DNA of 63,781 nucleotides, filler included, from Octopus bimaculoides (Eukaryota), in assembly GCF_001194135.2 (NCBI RefSeq). It is 3 parts of 3 records of this genome, joined end to end, with 100 filler letters (N's around TTAATTAATTAA, not from the genome) between each part and the next. Parts side by side here need not be neighbours in the genome. Positions count along the whole stretch, not along the records: positions 1 to 25,981 come from NC_068994.1; positions 26,082 to 57,756 come from NC_068990.1; 1 more part is not named here. One strand, 5' to 3'. The position numbers were made by a program, and so were the translations under genes. Below the pieces are notes generated by a model. The model was not told the origin of the DNA. It searched no databases and saw nothing but the letters and a program-made list of their open reading frames with translations. Of this stretch, positions 24,751 through 38,890 are shown one piece after another (the stretch's first letter is position 1; every line of letters starts with the position of its first letter).

Positions 24751-26081
24751 TGTGTGTGTGTGTGTGTGTTATACATCTATTGCTCTGCATGAGGTTCATA
24801 TACTCCAGCGTTTACTTAGAACACAGCTAAAATGTAAAGTGATTCAAAGAAAAGAAAATGAAGAATACAAGAGTTTATATTCTGGAGCATCTGTCATTCA
24901 ACACTTTTAACATCGACCGGCCTTCAAGTTTCGTATTTGAATTATAATTTTGTGTCAAAATTGCATTGTCACATGAATAGTCATATGAAATTTCAGTTGG
25001 TCAACACCACTAAAATATTGAACCAATATATAAAATTCTAGAAATTTATCTAAAATCTGCATGGCTGCATTCTGCTGACTACAGTTAGTAAAAAGTTAAA
25101 TAGTAAATATCTCACAATGATGAGAATAGGCAGGAAATAATATCAAATCATATCAACAGATCTATAAGAATATAAGTTGGGGGTTAATAATAAGCTTTTT
25201 CATGTTTTATTCCGAAATTCATTAGCATTCAGATTGCACCGTTCACTTAAATGCTTATTTTTTTCACATTGCTTTTTGTTTCTTAATTATGCGTTATCTG
25301 GTAGTTTCAAGATTTCGATGATGTGATTAGTAATTTTTGCAATGATATTTTAAGATAGGTATGAGAGGTCAGACCTCGTCAGTTTGAACATAAAACAGGT
25401 GGAAGATTTGGGCTGGACATGGCACAGGTGACAGTCATCGAATATCGTTCAATTACAATTTCGATTTCACTTGCCCCAACAGGTCTTCGCAAGCAGAGTT
25501 TAGTGTCTAATGAAGGAGAGTTTGGCATGGGTGCCAGTCGTCAAATTTGGTTCGATTTTGATTTCAAATATATATACATATAATCATATAGATATAGTTC
25601 CTACATAGTTTGTGTCGACCAAGTTCTTTGAATTAAGCACCAGTTAACAAGACACTATAGTAGACAACTCTTGTTGATGCTGCACTATGGAATCAAAGCC
25701 AGCACTACATGGTTCCTTAGTTAGCATCTTAAAAATACAAACCTGCTGTGTCTATTTTAATCTTGTAGTTTAAAATTAATCAACTTCATTGATTCAATTC
25801 TCAATCTTTTAAGCTTAAGCTACTGTTTTATATTGCTTTTATTTATCTATGCATTCATTAAGATATATAACAATCCTCTTACATCTATCAGTAACCTTTT
25901 TTAAAGTTCGGTAAAGTATGTTTTCTAACACTTGATTTGATAGTGTTGTTGTTGTTGGTGGTGGTGGTGGTGGTGGTGGTGNNNNNNNNNNNNNNNNNNN
26001 NNNNNNNNNNNNNNNNNNNNNNNNNTTAATTAATTAANNNNNNNNNNNNNNNNNNNNNNNNNNNNNNNNNNNNNNNNNNNN

Positions 26082-26113
<32 letters not shown>

Positions 26114-26829
26114 CATAGAATGAGAGAGGGTGGTGTCTCCACATGTGCGTATTTGTACGTGTGCATGTTGTTTTACCTGTATTTGTTGTCTTTATTTGTA
26201 TGCATATACAGTTTGTGGTTAATATAAATAATTGACATCTTTTCCCATTTCATTTTTCTGGCTACTCTCATCATTATTCTTTTAATTGTTCTCTTCCTTG
26301 ATAATATCTTTAAAAACCATTAAACCCCCTTATAAGTGATTATGTGCTTTATATCTTGTCAAAACTTGCTGGCTTGACCCACTGACCTTTATTCTTTGTT
26401 ATATAATCCTGCACCTAATCTGTTCGTTATATCTCATTCTGTTTCAAATTCCCTGGAGAAATGATGCAAACAATGTACATAGACATAACAATATTGTATT
26501 ACTGAAATGAAAATGGGAGGAAATGAACCGTTTGAAATATGACTGATGTTGTTTGCCTGTTGCATTTTTGCTAATAAATATTTTGTTCTGTTAGTGTATT
26601 GCAGCCTATACAACAGATGCAACCGAATACAATTACAATGCACACACAGTTGTAGATCTGGAATACAATATGTTATATTGAGCTTTAAAGTAATTGGTTA
26701 TTTGTTTATGCACACAATACATTACATAAGTGTATATGTATAAATATATGCATGCATATATACGTATACATATAAATAAATAAATGTATATATATATACG
26801 CACATACACATACAAAGCTACATATATAC

Positions 26830-27225
26830 GTGAAATCGAAATCGAAAGCAAAAAAGTGAAATCGTGATGGCACTGTGTTCAGTGTCACCTTCCTGGCACT
26901 TGTGCTTGGTGGCACATGTAAAGACATTCGAGCGAGATCGTTGCCAGTGCCGCTGGACTGGCTCCTGTGCAGGTGGCTTGTAAAATACACCATTTTGAGT
27001 GTGGCTGTTGCCAGTACCGCCTGACTGGCCTTCATGCCGGTGGCACGTAAAAGCACCCACTACACTCTCGGAGTGGTTGGCATTAGGAAGGGCATCCAGC
27101 TGTAGAAACTCTGCCAAATCAGATTGGAGCCTGGTGTAGCCATCTGGTTCACCAGTCCTCAGTCAAATCGTCCAACCCATGCTAGCATGGAAAGCGGACA
27201 TTAAACAATGATGATGATGATGATG
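26830..27225 (+). mobile_element. SINE family D with (GAT)n tail (gtggttggcattaggaagggcatccagctgtagaaac...ccatgctagcatggaaa). Others at about 2690-2900, 12560-12790, 40370-40600(-), 42865-43190, 43525-43730, 45610-45880, 50320-50540, 57650-57756(-)
   Basis: Recurrent body and a (GAT)n tail like that of the RTE-like LINE end at 51156. Confidence 0.8.
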
Positions 27226-28639
27226 ATACATACATACATGCAAGTAGTATATCTTGAAGAATATGTATAAAGTTATAGCTATAAATAATGACTTAAATAG
27301 TGGGGGTGAAAAAGACAACAGGTATCCTTCAGCTTTTTCTAGCCAAAAGGATTTGCAGCCCAATATTTACATGTTATAATTTGTAGCTTTATGAAGGCAG
27401 CGAGATGGCAGAACTCTTAGTATGTTGAGCAAAATGCTTAGCAATATTTTGCCCATCATTGAATTCTGACTTCAAATTCTGCCAGGGTTGACTTTGCCTT
27501 TCATCCATTTGGGATCGATAAAATAATTAACCAGTTGAGCACTGGGGATCAATGTAGGTCCCTCCGCTGAAATTGTGGGCCTTGTGCCAAAATTTGAAAC
27601 CATTATTTATAGCTTTATGTGTATGCTTTGAGATATACAATTCCCCAAAAGAATTATATATCTATATCTATATCTATATATATGTAAAACACAAGAGTAT
27701 TTTAGAAGTTTTGAAGCTTTTTCAGGACAGGAAACATTTATAAATTTCAAAGAAGCCCCAAACTCTAATCTCCTTCAAAGTAGGATGCTCTGATTTCAAT
27801 GTATTGTTATAGTGATCCAGCCACTTTGTGAAGATCTCATAGAAGTCCTCAAATCTGAAGGTATCCATGACTCCAGTCAAAGCCTGTTTCATCTTTTCCT
27901 TCAGCCTATTTTTCTAAAGCCAAACTAATGCAAGTTATGAAAAATTAATAATGCAGGTTGATGGTTAGTACTGTTACCAGGTTATTAGGTAATAGTATTA
28001 ACCATTGACCTGTATTATTAGTTTTTCATAACTTACATTGTTTTGGCTTTAAAAAATATTTAAAACATTTATATATATCAGACAATGCCTCATGAAAACT
28101 ATACTACACTAAGATAAATATCTGTGTGTGTGTGTGTGTGTGAGTGTGTTTGTGTTTGTGTTTGTGTGGTTAAGATGTTTACTTTCCAATTATACGATCT
28201 CAGGTCCAGTCCTAATATTTCGCACTTTAGGCATGTGTTTTCTATTATAGCTCCAGGCAAACTTAAGGCCTCTGTGAGGATGTAAAGCTGTAAGGCCTCT
28301 CTTTAATTTCTCTCCTGCCAACATTTTCTTGAAGGACTCTGTCCAAAACATTGGATTTTATTTTCCATTACTTGTGCCAAGTTTATTGTGCTCCCCTGCC
28401 TTTTTTTTTTTTTTTTTTTAAATATTATTATATATATATGAAGGTGGTGAGCTGGCAGAATCATTACCATGCTGGGCAAAATGCTTTGCGGCATTTCATC
28501 TGTCCTTACATTCTGAGTTCAAATTCTGTTGAGATTGACTTTGCCTTTGATCCTTTCAGGGTTGATAAATTAAGCACAACTGAAACACTGGGGCTGATGT
28601 TATCAATTAGTCCCCACCCGCCAATAAAAGGATTATTAT

Positions 28640-29200
28640 ATATATATATATGAATATACATATACACATAGGAAATGCAATGAACATTAAAGGAAAGAAA
28701 AAGTAACAAAAAGACATCAGAAGTGAGAAAAGGTTTAACAAATACTTACATAGGATAAGGTTTGAAAGAAAAGAGCAACAGCCTTAACATTTCAGACATT
28801 TGCCCTTCATCAGAAGAAAAGCATAGTGAGATTGAGAAAGAGGAATAGCCAATGAGAGAAAATTTAAAAAGAAAAAGAGAAAGAAAAGGACAAAAGTAGT
28901 GTGAGGGGTCAGGAACCAGGTGAGAACGCATTTCTGTGGGGTGGAAAGTTAAGAAGGGTGGCAGGGGGAAGGTGTGTATATGCAAGTAGAAGAATGTGCC
29001 CATGTTAGGAGATGAGCATATGTGTGTGTTTGTGTATGTGTGTGTGTGTGTGTATGTGTGTGTGTGTATGTGTGTGGCTTTTTGTGGGTGTATGAATATG
29101 CAAGTATGGAAAAATAGTGATGTAGGTTAGTGATGGTGTGAACTGATGGTGATGGAGGTGGTGGTGGTGTGTGTGTGATTGTTAAGTGTGTGTGAAGAAA
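28640..29200 (-). mobile_element. Degraded Penelope-type remnant with hammerhead-like core
   Basis: Minus strand CTGATGA-a-gggc-aaat-gtct-GAAA-tgttaag at 28813-28783. Confidence 0.45.
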
Positions 29201-29205
29201 GACAC

Positions 29206-29247
<42 letters not shown>

Positions 29248-30391
29248 AACTGTGACTAGTCAGTTTCTGGTATCACAAGTAGCTGAAGGGTAGAATAAAA
29301 ATCAATTAGTGATAGAAGCAAAAGCAATCATTATAACCTACTTAGCTGTTTATATATATGTATATATACAGAGAAAGTTTTGCTTACATATGGTGATAGA
29401 GGAAATATGATGAAGTGCAAAGATGTAGAAATCACGTGATCTAGCAGTTCTACTTGTTCATTGCTAATATTTCTGTGCTTTTTAGCACTGTGCATATATA
29501 TATTTTCTTAGGATAAGTACTGCAGTATTATGGCATTATTAAAGTACATCTACTTTAATTACAATATTGAGATTGTTATTTAGTACTAATACTTCTTTGT
29601 CACATAACTAATTTTTAACTATGCTACTAGCTATTTGCGATTAATCAGTCACTGTTTTTCTATATATTAATATGAAAAAAGTTTGACTAGCATATGGTTT
29701 TACTGAATACTTACTACTGAAGAAGCACAAACATGAAGAAATCCCATGATCTGGGGGTTCCACTGCTGGGCTGGTGCTGAACATTACTTGTTCACTACTG
29801 ATATTTTTGTGGTTTTTAGTTCTATATGTCTATACAAGATGCTTTCTCAAGATGAATACCACAGTATTATGAAGTTCTTAAAGTATATCCAAATAAAAAT
29901 TGATACAATAAGAAACACAGAAAAAGTCATGTGTTATTCAGTTACTTGGTTACTTGGTCAAAATATTAAATTCATTTCATCTTTTTCAAGCTGGTGTAGT
30001 CAATAAGATAGTCTAGTAATTGTGTTTAATGTAATTGAAGTCTGAATGAGCATGCAACTTCGAAAAAATACAGAGGTTGATCAAAAGGAGCTTATTAGCT
30101 GTATAGCAACTAGAGACAGTCTTTCACGATAGTTGAAAACATCATAACTAACACTGGAATGAGTTACCAACCGTCTGGTGGTTTATAGTAAATTCCTACT
30201 AAGAAGTACTTTGTAAAATGTGGTCATGATAAAAAATCCTGCTTTTGGTATTTATACAGTCCTTGAAGGATCTTAGATTCTTTAAAATCTATAAATATAT
30301 ATATATATGCACACATACACACATACATATTGTTTAAAAGATACAGTTTTACATATATATAAAATTGCTGTAATATATATGCATATATGTA

Positions 30392-30450
<59 letters not shown>

Positions 30451-30816
30451 NNNNNNNNNNNNNNNNNNNNNNNNNNNNNNNNNNNNNNNNNNNNNNNNNN
30501 NNNNNNNNNNNNNNNNNNNNNNNNNNNNNNNNNNNNNNNNNNNNNNNNNNNNNNNNNNNNNNNNNNNNNNNNNNNNNNNNNNNNNNNNNNNNNNNNNNNN
30601 NNNNNNNNNNNNNNNNNNNNNNNNNNNNNNNNNNNNNNNNNNNNNNNNNNNNNNNNNNNNNNNNNNNNNNNNNNNNNNNNNNNNNNNNNNNNNNNNNNNN
30701 NNNNNNNNNNNNNNNNNNNNNNNNNNNNNNNNNNNNNNNNNNNNNNNNNNNNNNNNNNNNNNATGGTGATATATATATATATATATACACACATATATAT
30801 ACATATATATATACAT

Positions 30817-30848
<32 letters not shown>

Positions 30849-30992
30849 GAGAATATTCACAGATATTTTTATCTCGATAAGAATACAAGAATTTTAATTT
30901 TGAAGACATTAGGGAGATAGATAAACATTTATATTTTGCAGTTAAACATACACTTACATATGCACATATATGCATATATATATATATGTGCA

Positions 30993-31045
<53 letters not shown>

Positions 31046-32221
31046 TGGCATGTAGATATATGATTATAAATATTTATAAATTTTACATGAGTATGTGTGC
31101 ATAAGCACACACACATACACACACACACACACACATATACACATACATGTCTATACATATATATGTATATATCAATATATATCTGTACACATACACACAT
31201 GCATATAGGCATAAATACATATGTAAACCAAACTGTCATAGAGTAAACTGGACTAAGAGAATAGGTAAATAAATAAATATAACATGAAAGAACTTGAAAG
31301 AAGTGTAGATAACGGAATACGATGAAAAACAGAGCAACAGCAACCAATAAATATTTGAAATTATACTAATGAAAGATTTTTCTGACTGAAGGATGTTTCT
31401 CTAACAACACATTAAATAAATACAAGAATAATTTCCTTTCCAAATCAATATCTAAGTTCCTTTCTTTAACTGGGAGTCTGTGAGATTATAGCTAATGGTA
31501 GATTCTGGTTGTTAGATGTTAGCCATATGTTCCTCCTCTCGCACAACAGGTTACCTGCATACAGACATATGAACATATACACATACATACATACATATAT
31601 ATGTTCCCTATGCATTCTCAAACGGCTCCACCAAATCAAACCAAATTTTACAAGATAATAGTATTACACTCTGTGAGTGTCAGCATGTAATTTTTATGTT
31701 CATTTGGATTGAAACAATATAACATTTGCTTGAAAATAATCTTTCTATTGTCAACTATAGTAATGGACATTTTATACCATGATGATGATGACGTCACATC
31801 TTGTATATGAGTGTGTATGTGTCTGTGAGTATGTGTGTGTTTGCACATTCATTACATACGAGATAGTAAAGGACATTTTATACCACAACGATGATGATGT
31901 CACATCTCTATCACTCTCTCTTCCTTCTGTCAACCATTCTATCTAGCATTTACCATCGTAATGATGTCTGGCACCAAAAAAATTATTACAGCTACTTTCC
32001 TTGTTTACAATCTTCTTTACCAGTGTATTTGTGTACACCAACACATAAACAAAATGTCAGAAAGGCTGAAGGGTCAAACAAAAACACTGTACTGGTGTAT
32101 TTGTGTATCGGTAAATAACCAGGTTGTAATGATTTCTGGTACCCCAAAAAATTTTTGAAGCCACTTTCATTGTTTGCAATCCTCTCTACTGGTGTGATTG
32201 TGTATCAGTAAATAACCATGG

Positions 32222-32747
32222 GTAAATATTTTGTTCGTACCTTGGTGTGAAATAAAGTTTTTTCACAGGTTTTTATGAGTACATTTAACATATCTGACCT
32301 CCAAACCCACCACAAGCCACTATTTTCCAGAAAAGAAAGTAGGGGAAGTGTAAAAAAATTATTTCACAGTGAAATATCGGTGGATCCTTTATCGCAAAGA
32401 GCTGTTACGTGGTAGTAGGGCGTGCTAGAAATAGCAGCCAAATCTGACTATTTCTGGGGAAAGAAGCTGTTTACATGTTATTTCAATGTCACATTCATTG
32501 AAAGCATGTGCAATAACTTGGAAAAGAATAACAAAAACCTGCAGCACAAAACTCTATCGGTGGGAAACTCAACGGTCCCCACCCTAACCCTAACCCTAAC
32601 CCTAACCCCTCCCCTACTTTCTTTTCCAGAAAAAAAAGTGGCTTGTGGCAGGCTTGGAGGTCAGATACATTGAATGTACTTGGAAAAACTCACGGAAAAA
32701 AATTATTTCACACCAAGATATGAACGGGTCCTATACAAAATATTTAC
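32222..32747. mobile_element. Foldback/MITE-like element with about 120-bp imperfect inverted arms and internal (CCCTAA)4
   Basis: 32233-32348 is the reverse complement of 32608-32725, read by eye (ttcgtaccttggtgtgaaataa...ggaggtcaga...gtagggga). Telomere-type hexamer at 32582-32605. Confidence 0.75.
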
Positions 32748-32833
32748 ATAACCAAATTACAAGCAAAGAGTACTGTGTTAAAGCTATGAGTATAATCTGA
32801 GTGAAACCAGGTACTTCTGCTGGTGTGTGTGTG

Positions 32834-32879
<46 letters not shown>

Positions 32880-33587
32880 CATACATACTTACATCTGTAT
32901 GTATAAATACATTTATATTCTATGCTCAACGTACCATAAATCAGAAGAACTGAAATAAATCTAAACATTACAAAACCTCACTGCGTGTTAAATAAGAATG
33001 TAAACTCATTCTTTCTATGCTACTGATGTGGGAAAAATAGAGCAAGGGAGTCTTTTGATGGACTATTTCAAGGTTTGTTGACTGCTCTTCAGAGAAAATG
33101 AAATTAACTTCCATAATCTATATCATAGGTCAGCTGCTGTATAAAACAATCATAATGAATTAGCCTGACGATGCACATCTGTGCTTTTGATAGTTATTAA
33201 GTTAACTACATGTATTTTATACACAACACAGTGTAAATCAGAAATGAAATAAAATTAAACATTCGAAATTAATGACTTTAATATTGTAGCCACTGTCACT
33301 ACCAACTTTCAATACTGTAGCCACAGCCTTATGGAGGGTACTTCACAAAACCATTGTACTCTGAACTATCCAATACTCGCACTCAACTCAATGTTCAGAA
33401 CTTTACTGTGATGAATCTAAGACAATTAAGTAGTATCTAAAAGTCTCTTGCATTATTTATGTAACCAAATTCCACAGCCTCTAAGTGTTTGAATTGCAAA
33501 CTAAGCATCAAGTTGTAGTCGTGAGGTATGTAACAACTCATAAACCAGAGCCAAGCAATAACTCTTAGAAAGGAAGTAAACACAATG

Positions 33588-33710
33588 CCTTAAACTGAAG
33601 CTAAACACAAACTCTAAATGGAAACTAAACACTAACCCTTAAACTAGAATTAATCTGTAACCCTTAAACTGAGGTTTAGCACCAACCCTTAAGATGGAGC
33701 AAAACACAGA
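33588..33710 (+). repeat. About 24-25-bp degenerate minisatellite (about 5 units, ccttaaactga...)
   Basis: ccttaaactgaagctaaacacaaa, cccttaaactagaattaatctgtaa and cccttaaactgaggtttagcaccaa. Confidence 0.55.
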
Positions 33711-35204
33711 CATATGAAGGTTTTTCAGACCTTAAGAGACATTTATATACACAGATTCTGCATACATACACACATTCAGTTGAGGTGGTATCTAATTAAA
33801 ATAGTAATCTATGTACCATACTTAATGTATGCACACCATTGACAGGCTAGTTACTGTAGTATTTGTCATGAAATAACATCTTCTATGGACTTGCTGTGTT
33901 AAAAACCCAACAAAAATCTGAGCCTTTTGTGACTGGCTTTCAGAAGGCTCAATTGAAAATATCTAAAAAGGCTGAAAGGCATCTGGTGCTCTCGCTAGTC
34001 ACTGCTGGGATGAATTTTTGCTACTCTCTGATATTTATTGTGTTTTAAACATACCAAGTCCACAACTGATGTTATCTCAGGATAAATACTGCAGTACTGT
34101 GCTATCAATGGTGTATATACATTAAATATAATACATAGATGGATACACATATATACATTTTTACATATGTATATACTTTTTAAATACATTCAATTTTTAC
34201 TTACATTTTTATATGCATATACACATTTTTATATATATATGCAAGCACTTTACACATTTTTACACACAAACACATACAAAGGTTTATATGCACAAACACA
34301 TTACAAGAGTTATACATACAAATGCAGCAAAAAAGATTTAGATTAACAAAGTTTTGTTTCCATTATTTCTCATACAGCAAGAAACCAGCTTGCAAATCTT
34401 TGGAAGATGGCCAAGGTCATATTGCGTCCAGAAACAAATGCTGCAGGCTGAAGTAGATTATTGAATAACGTAAATGAATGTTTAAAAATATTTCTACTTT
34501 TACTTCAGCATTATGAATAAGAAATGAAGGAGAATGAAAGACATTATTTTAAAATTAATTTCAGTGTTTTCATTCTGTATTAATGCATATACAATAACTT
34601 CATCCTCTCTTTGTTGTTTCCTATTGGTTAGCTCTTATTTTTTCCTTTTTTAGATGGAGACAATTGACGCTTTTCCTTTAAAATCTCTTGTTGGTATTCA
34701 CACTGAAAGCAGTTGATGTTATTGTTGTTGTTTTGCCCCAGGTCAGCCATGATTTGAATACAGCTCAGATCAAAAACATTCATATTGGGACCATCAAGCC
34801 TTTTTAAAGAATATATCCAGAAACTACATTATCCAATGTGACTTTCCCATTTCTAAGAAAACAGGTTGTATATTTTTTTAAGGAGATTTTGAGCAATAAA
34901 GAGCCTACATGTTAATCATTTGAGATGACAGAAAAATAGGTACTTTAATGTGTTATCAGAAATACCATTGCTCTATGATGATAAAGTGAGACAGGGTATG
35001 TGTGTGGAACACACAAGTCTGGGGCTAGCAGAGAGCAATGATACAGTGGGACAGGGCCAAGAGGACAGGATTGGCAAGTGGGAGATAGGCATAGTGCATG
35101 AAGTGGAATAGAGATGTAGTTTGATAAATTATGGTAGAATGTGTGAGAAGTTTTCTTGTTAAGTGTAGGTGGGACACAACACTTCTAGAACTCAGTTTCA
35201 CTAA

Positions 35205-35500
35205 TATGGGCAGGTCTTCTCAAGAACCTCATATTGCCAGATATCTCAGTCCATTTTCATTTCCTCCGTGAGGCCCAGCATCCTGAGATTAGTCCTTACC
35301 ACTTCATCCCACGTCTTCCTGGGTCTTCCTCTCCCATGGGTACCATCCACTTTCAGTGATAAGCACTTCTTTATGCAGCTGTCCTCATTCACACGCATCA
35401 CATGTCCAAACCAACGTAGCCTCTCTCTTGAATGCTACATTTGATTCCTCTTATGCCCAACTTTTCTCTCAATACATTTGCACTTTGTTGTGCCTACCTG
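35205..35500 (-). mobile_element. 3' end of an RTE-clade LINE
   Basis: Minus strand reads LREKLGIRGI / RWFGHVMRVNEDSCIKKCLSLKVDGTHGRGRPRKTWDEVV, the RTE C-terminal signature. Confidence 0.85.
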
Positions 35501-36170
35501 TACTTAAAAATGAAACACAAAACAAATTGAAAAAGACAAGCAGCAATGGTTATTAATCTCACCCCCAAGATCTCTGGAGGAGCTATAGCCATTGATAGCT
35601 TTGGTTTTATAACCTTAATTGGATGTAAGATACATCTTCTCAGGATAAGAGAACAGTCTATCACAACAAAATTCTTCCAGAAGTTCTGGTGTATGTTCAC
35701 TATGGATAGAAAAACTGACATAGTTGAATTAAGTGATTTCCCAATGATGCAACTGATCTCCTGCAGTTAAAATGAACTCAAGAGCTGAATGAAATGGTAG
35801 TTCAACACCTTGTATACTTGACAATTTTGTTTCTGTAACTAGACTGAATTGGGTGGGTAGAAACTGAGTCATGCATAAAGGTAGTATTCAGGGACGATTG
35901 TAAAGTTCTGGGTTGAAGATGGTAATTCAACATGGAGCAGAAAAATGTAGTCAGGGCTAAAGATAGTAGTCAAGACTGAAGGCAGTTGCATGGACTAAAA
36001 GTAGTTGCATGGACTGAAGTTTACAACCCTGTGGTTTCAGGTTCAGTTCTCCTATGTGATACTTTGGGCAACTGTCTTCTATTATAACCTTGGATCAGCA
36101 AATGCTTTGTAGTTGAATTTGGCAGATAGGTATAATACAGAAGCCTGATTAAGATATATATAAATATATA

Positions 36171-37010
36171 TTGGGTCATCCCATAAATAATGCAGTTTTT
36201 TCAATTGCATGAACTGAAAGTCGGAGGGGGATGGGATAAACTACCTGCATCAACTTGCCATAAAAGCAGGTTGTAATTTTACCTCGTGCTTATACTTAGT
36301 GCAAGTTTTGAAGAGTGCAGTTCGATTTTAACAGTTATTTTTCCAAAGCTATAATGGAAGTGACAAAGGAGCATATTCAGCGCATTTTGTTTTATGAGTT
36401 CAATAAAGGCAACAATGCAATGAGAAGTGCACAGAATATTAATGCAGTATATGGGGATTGGACAATAAATATAAGCCAGTGTCAACAGTGGTTCCAGAAA
36501 TTTCAAGCTGGAAACTACAGCCTAGAAGATGTGCTTCATCCTGGAATATCTGTAGAGCTTGAGGAGGATGTACTGTGAACCCTGGTGGAACAAAATCCCA
36601 TTGTAACTGTTGAGGAACTAGCAGAGAAGCTTGGATTTGGTCATTCAACCATTCATTGACACATGCGTGCCATTGAAAAAGTCAGCAAATTGGGTCAATG
36701 GGTTTCTCACAAATCTTCCAAGTCTAATTGCATGCAGAGAGTGAATGTGAGCTCTTTGCTGTCATGTCACATGAGTGAACCCTTTTTGGATGGAATAGTG
36801 ACTGGTAATGAGAAATGGGTTCTCTATAAAAATGTCAAGCACTGCGGCAGTGGGTCGGGAAAAGAAGAAACATTGGTACCCCAGGCTAAAGAAGGTTTTC
36901 TCCCATGTAAGGTGTTGCTATCTGTTTGGTGGGATATGAAAGGTTTAGTCCACTTTGAACATTTAAACCCAAAGCAAACAATAACAAAAGAGATCTACTG
37001 TGAGCAGCTT
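36171..37010 (+). mobile_element. 3'-truncated mariner transposon with pseudogenised transposase
   Basis: 5' TIR TA-ttgggtcatcccataaataatgc. Reading from ATG 36354 gives MEVTKEHIQRILFYEFNKGNNA...WFQKFQAGNYSLED...IVTGNEKWVLY...KVLLSVWWDMKGLVHFEHL...TITKEIYCEQL with in-frame stops. It ends at a SINE tail near 37010. Confidence 0.92.
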
Positions 37011-37103
37011 GTGCAGCTTGTCACATCTCTAATCAAACTGTTCAACTCATGCCAGCATGGACAACAGACGTTAAATGACGACGATGATGATGATGATATA
37101 CAT

Positions 37104-37147
<44 letters not shown>

Positions 37148-37188
37148 ATGTGTGTGTGAGTGTGTATGTGTGTGTATATATATGTATG

Positions 37189-37225
<37 letters not shown>

Positions 37226-37454
37226 ATATATATATATANNNNNNNNNNNNNNNNNNNNNNNNNNNNNNNNNNNNNNNNNNNNNNNNNNNNNNNNNNNNNN
37301 NNNNNNNNNNNNNNNNNNNNNNNNNNNNNNNNNNNNNNNNNATATGTTCAAGGATCAAAGTGTAGGAAGAAAGTGAGCTTCAATCAATCTGTAGCAAAAA
37401 TAAAAAAGCAACTTTCAGGAGCAATAGCTGTAAAACAGTGTTTTCTGTTTCTAG

Positions 37455-37498
<44 letters not shown>

Positions 37499-38239
37499 TA
37501 TATATATAACTGGAAACAGAAAAAAAAATCACTGCATAACAACCTATTGTTTACAAAGATTGCACAATATGGAAAAAGAAGCCAAGATATTCACAGAGGA
37601 CTACAAGTAAATGAGACCATTGGGAAGCTAAAATTTACAATCCAGCTAACACAAGAGAAACACAAACAAACTCATGTACACAAACACACACACACACACA
37701 CATACACACACACACACACACACACAATTGATGAGCTTCATTCAGTTTCTGACAACCAAATCCACCCACAAGGCACTTTCCTACAGTTCCATGCAGTGGG
37801 ACTGAATCCAATATCATGTAGTTGGGAAATGAACTTCTCAACCGCAATGGTGTGTGTGTGAGCAAGGATATATGTATATGTATAGATATATAAGTGCACA
37901 CACACATAATATACTCACACACTTTGATTTAGATTTCTAGCATGTTTATATGCACTTCCTTCTTTTTTACTAAATATTTTTTTAAAAATTGTTTTTGATC
38001 TCCTCTCACTATCCTCACGACGACCACCACCACCACCATTGTCTGTCTTATTTGTTATGTCAGAGATGCAATTTTTTAATAATTTTTGTCACGGTTTTCT
38101 AGTTTACTTTGATAAACTGTATCTGTGAGTGAAAGAAACTGCACAGGTAGCGTTCCTATAACGAATAATTCTGAAGCAATTGTTTCCTTTCAAAGCAATG
38201 AGACTTCATATTTTATTTTACATTTCATTGCACACATGT

Positions 38240-38516
38240 ACACACACACACAAACACATAGACATGAACACACACGTACACATACACACGTGCACACACA
38301 CGTGTACGTGTGTATGTGTGGGTAGCTATATGTATGCATATGCATATGTACATATCCATATATATATATATATGTACATATGCATATACATATATATACA
38401 TATACATATACAAATTTACATATATAAATGTATATATCTGTATATGTATATATATACATGTATGTATATGTACATATATAATATACACACACACATATAT
38501 ATGTATATACATATAT

Positions 38517-38572
<56 letters not shown>

Positions 38573-38662
38573 AGATAGATAGATAGATAGATAGATAGAT
38601 ATAGATATATGTGTGTGTGTGTGTGTGTGTATGTATATAAGCACACACATATATATCTACAC

Positions 38663-38693
<31 letters not shown>

Positions 38694-38890
38694 CATACAT
38701 ACATATATATATATATATACATATATATACATATATATACATGTATATATGTGTGTATATACATATACATTCATACATATATATAAATATATCTATATAT
38801 ACATGTGTGTGTGTATGTGTGTGTGTGTGCGTGCATGCATGCATGTGTGTGTGTATGTGTGTGTGTGCATGCTTGCATGTATGTGTGTTT
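38240..38890. repeat. Large compound (TA)/(CA)/(TG)/(TAGA) microsatellite block, representative of dozens (e.g. 86-230, 1770-2010, 2260-2430, 3715-4130, 4700-4880, 24455-24560, 30300-31220, 46188-46270, 47220-47310, 49025-49125, 52810-53400, 59830-60190, 63535-63781)
   Basis: Directly visible simple repeats; source of most spurious ORFs in the track. Confidence 0.97.

Noticed and set aside
26026-26037. TTAATTAATTAA islands inside N gaps (also 57801-57812)
   Set aside because: Identical 12-mers centred in gaps with stops in all six frames are best explained as an assembly spacer, not biology.
30224-31347. Long ORFs of up to 332 aa (similar ones at 3704-4267, 38190-39034, 40915-41763, 59753-60259, 60418-61011)
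   Set aside because: Composed of dinucleotide repeats and N gaps (YIYI/VCVC/HTHT/X); not coding.
32582-32605. True telomere or chromosome end
   Set aside because: Only four units, internal, and embedded in an inverted-repeat element.
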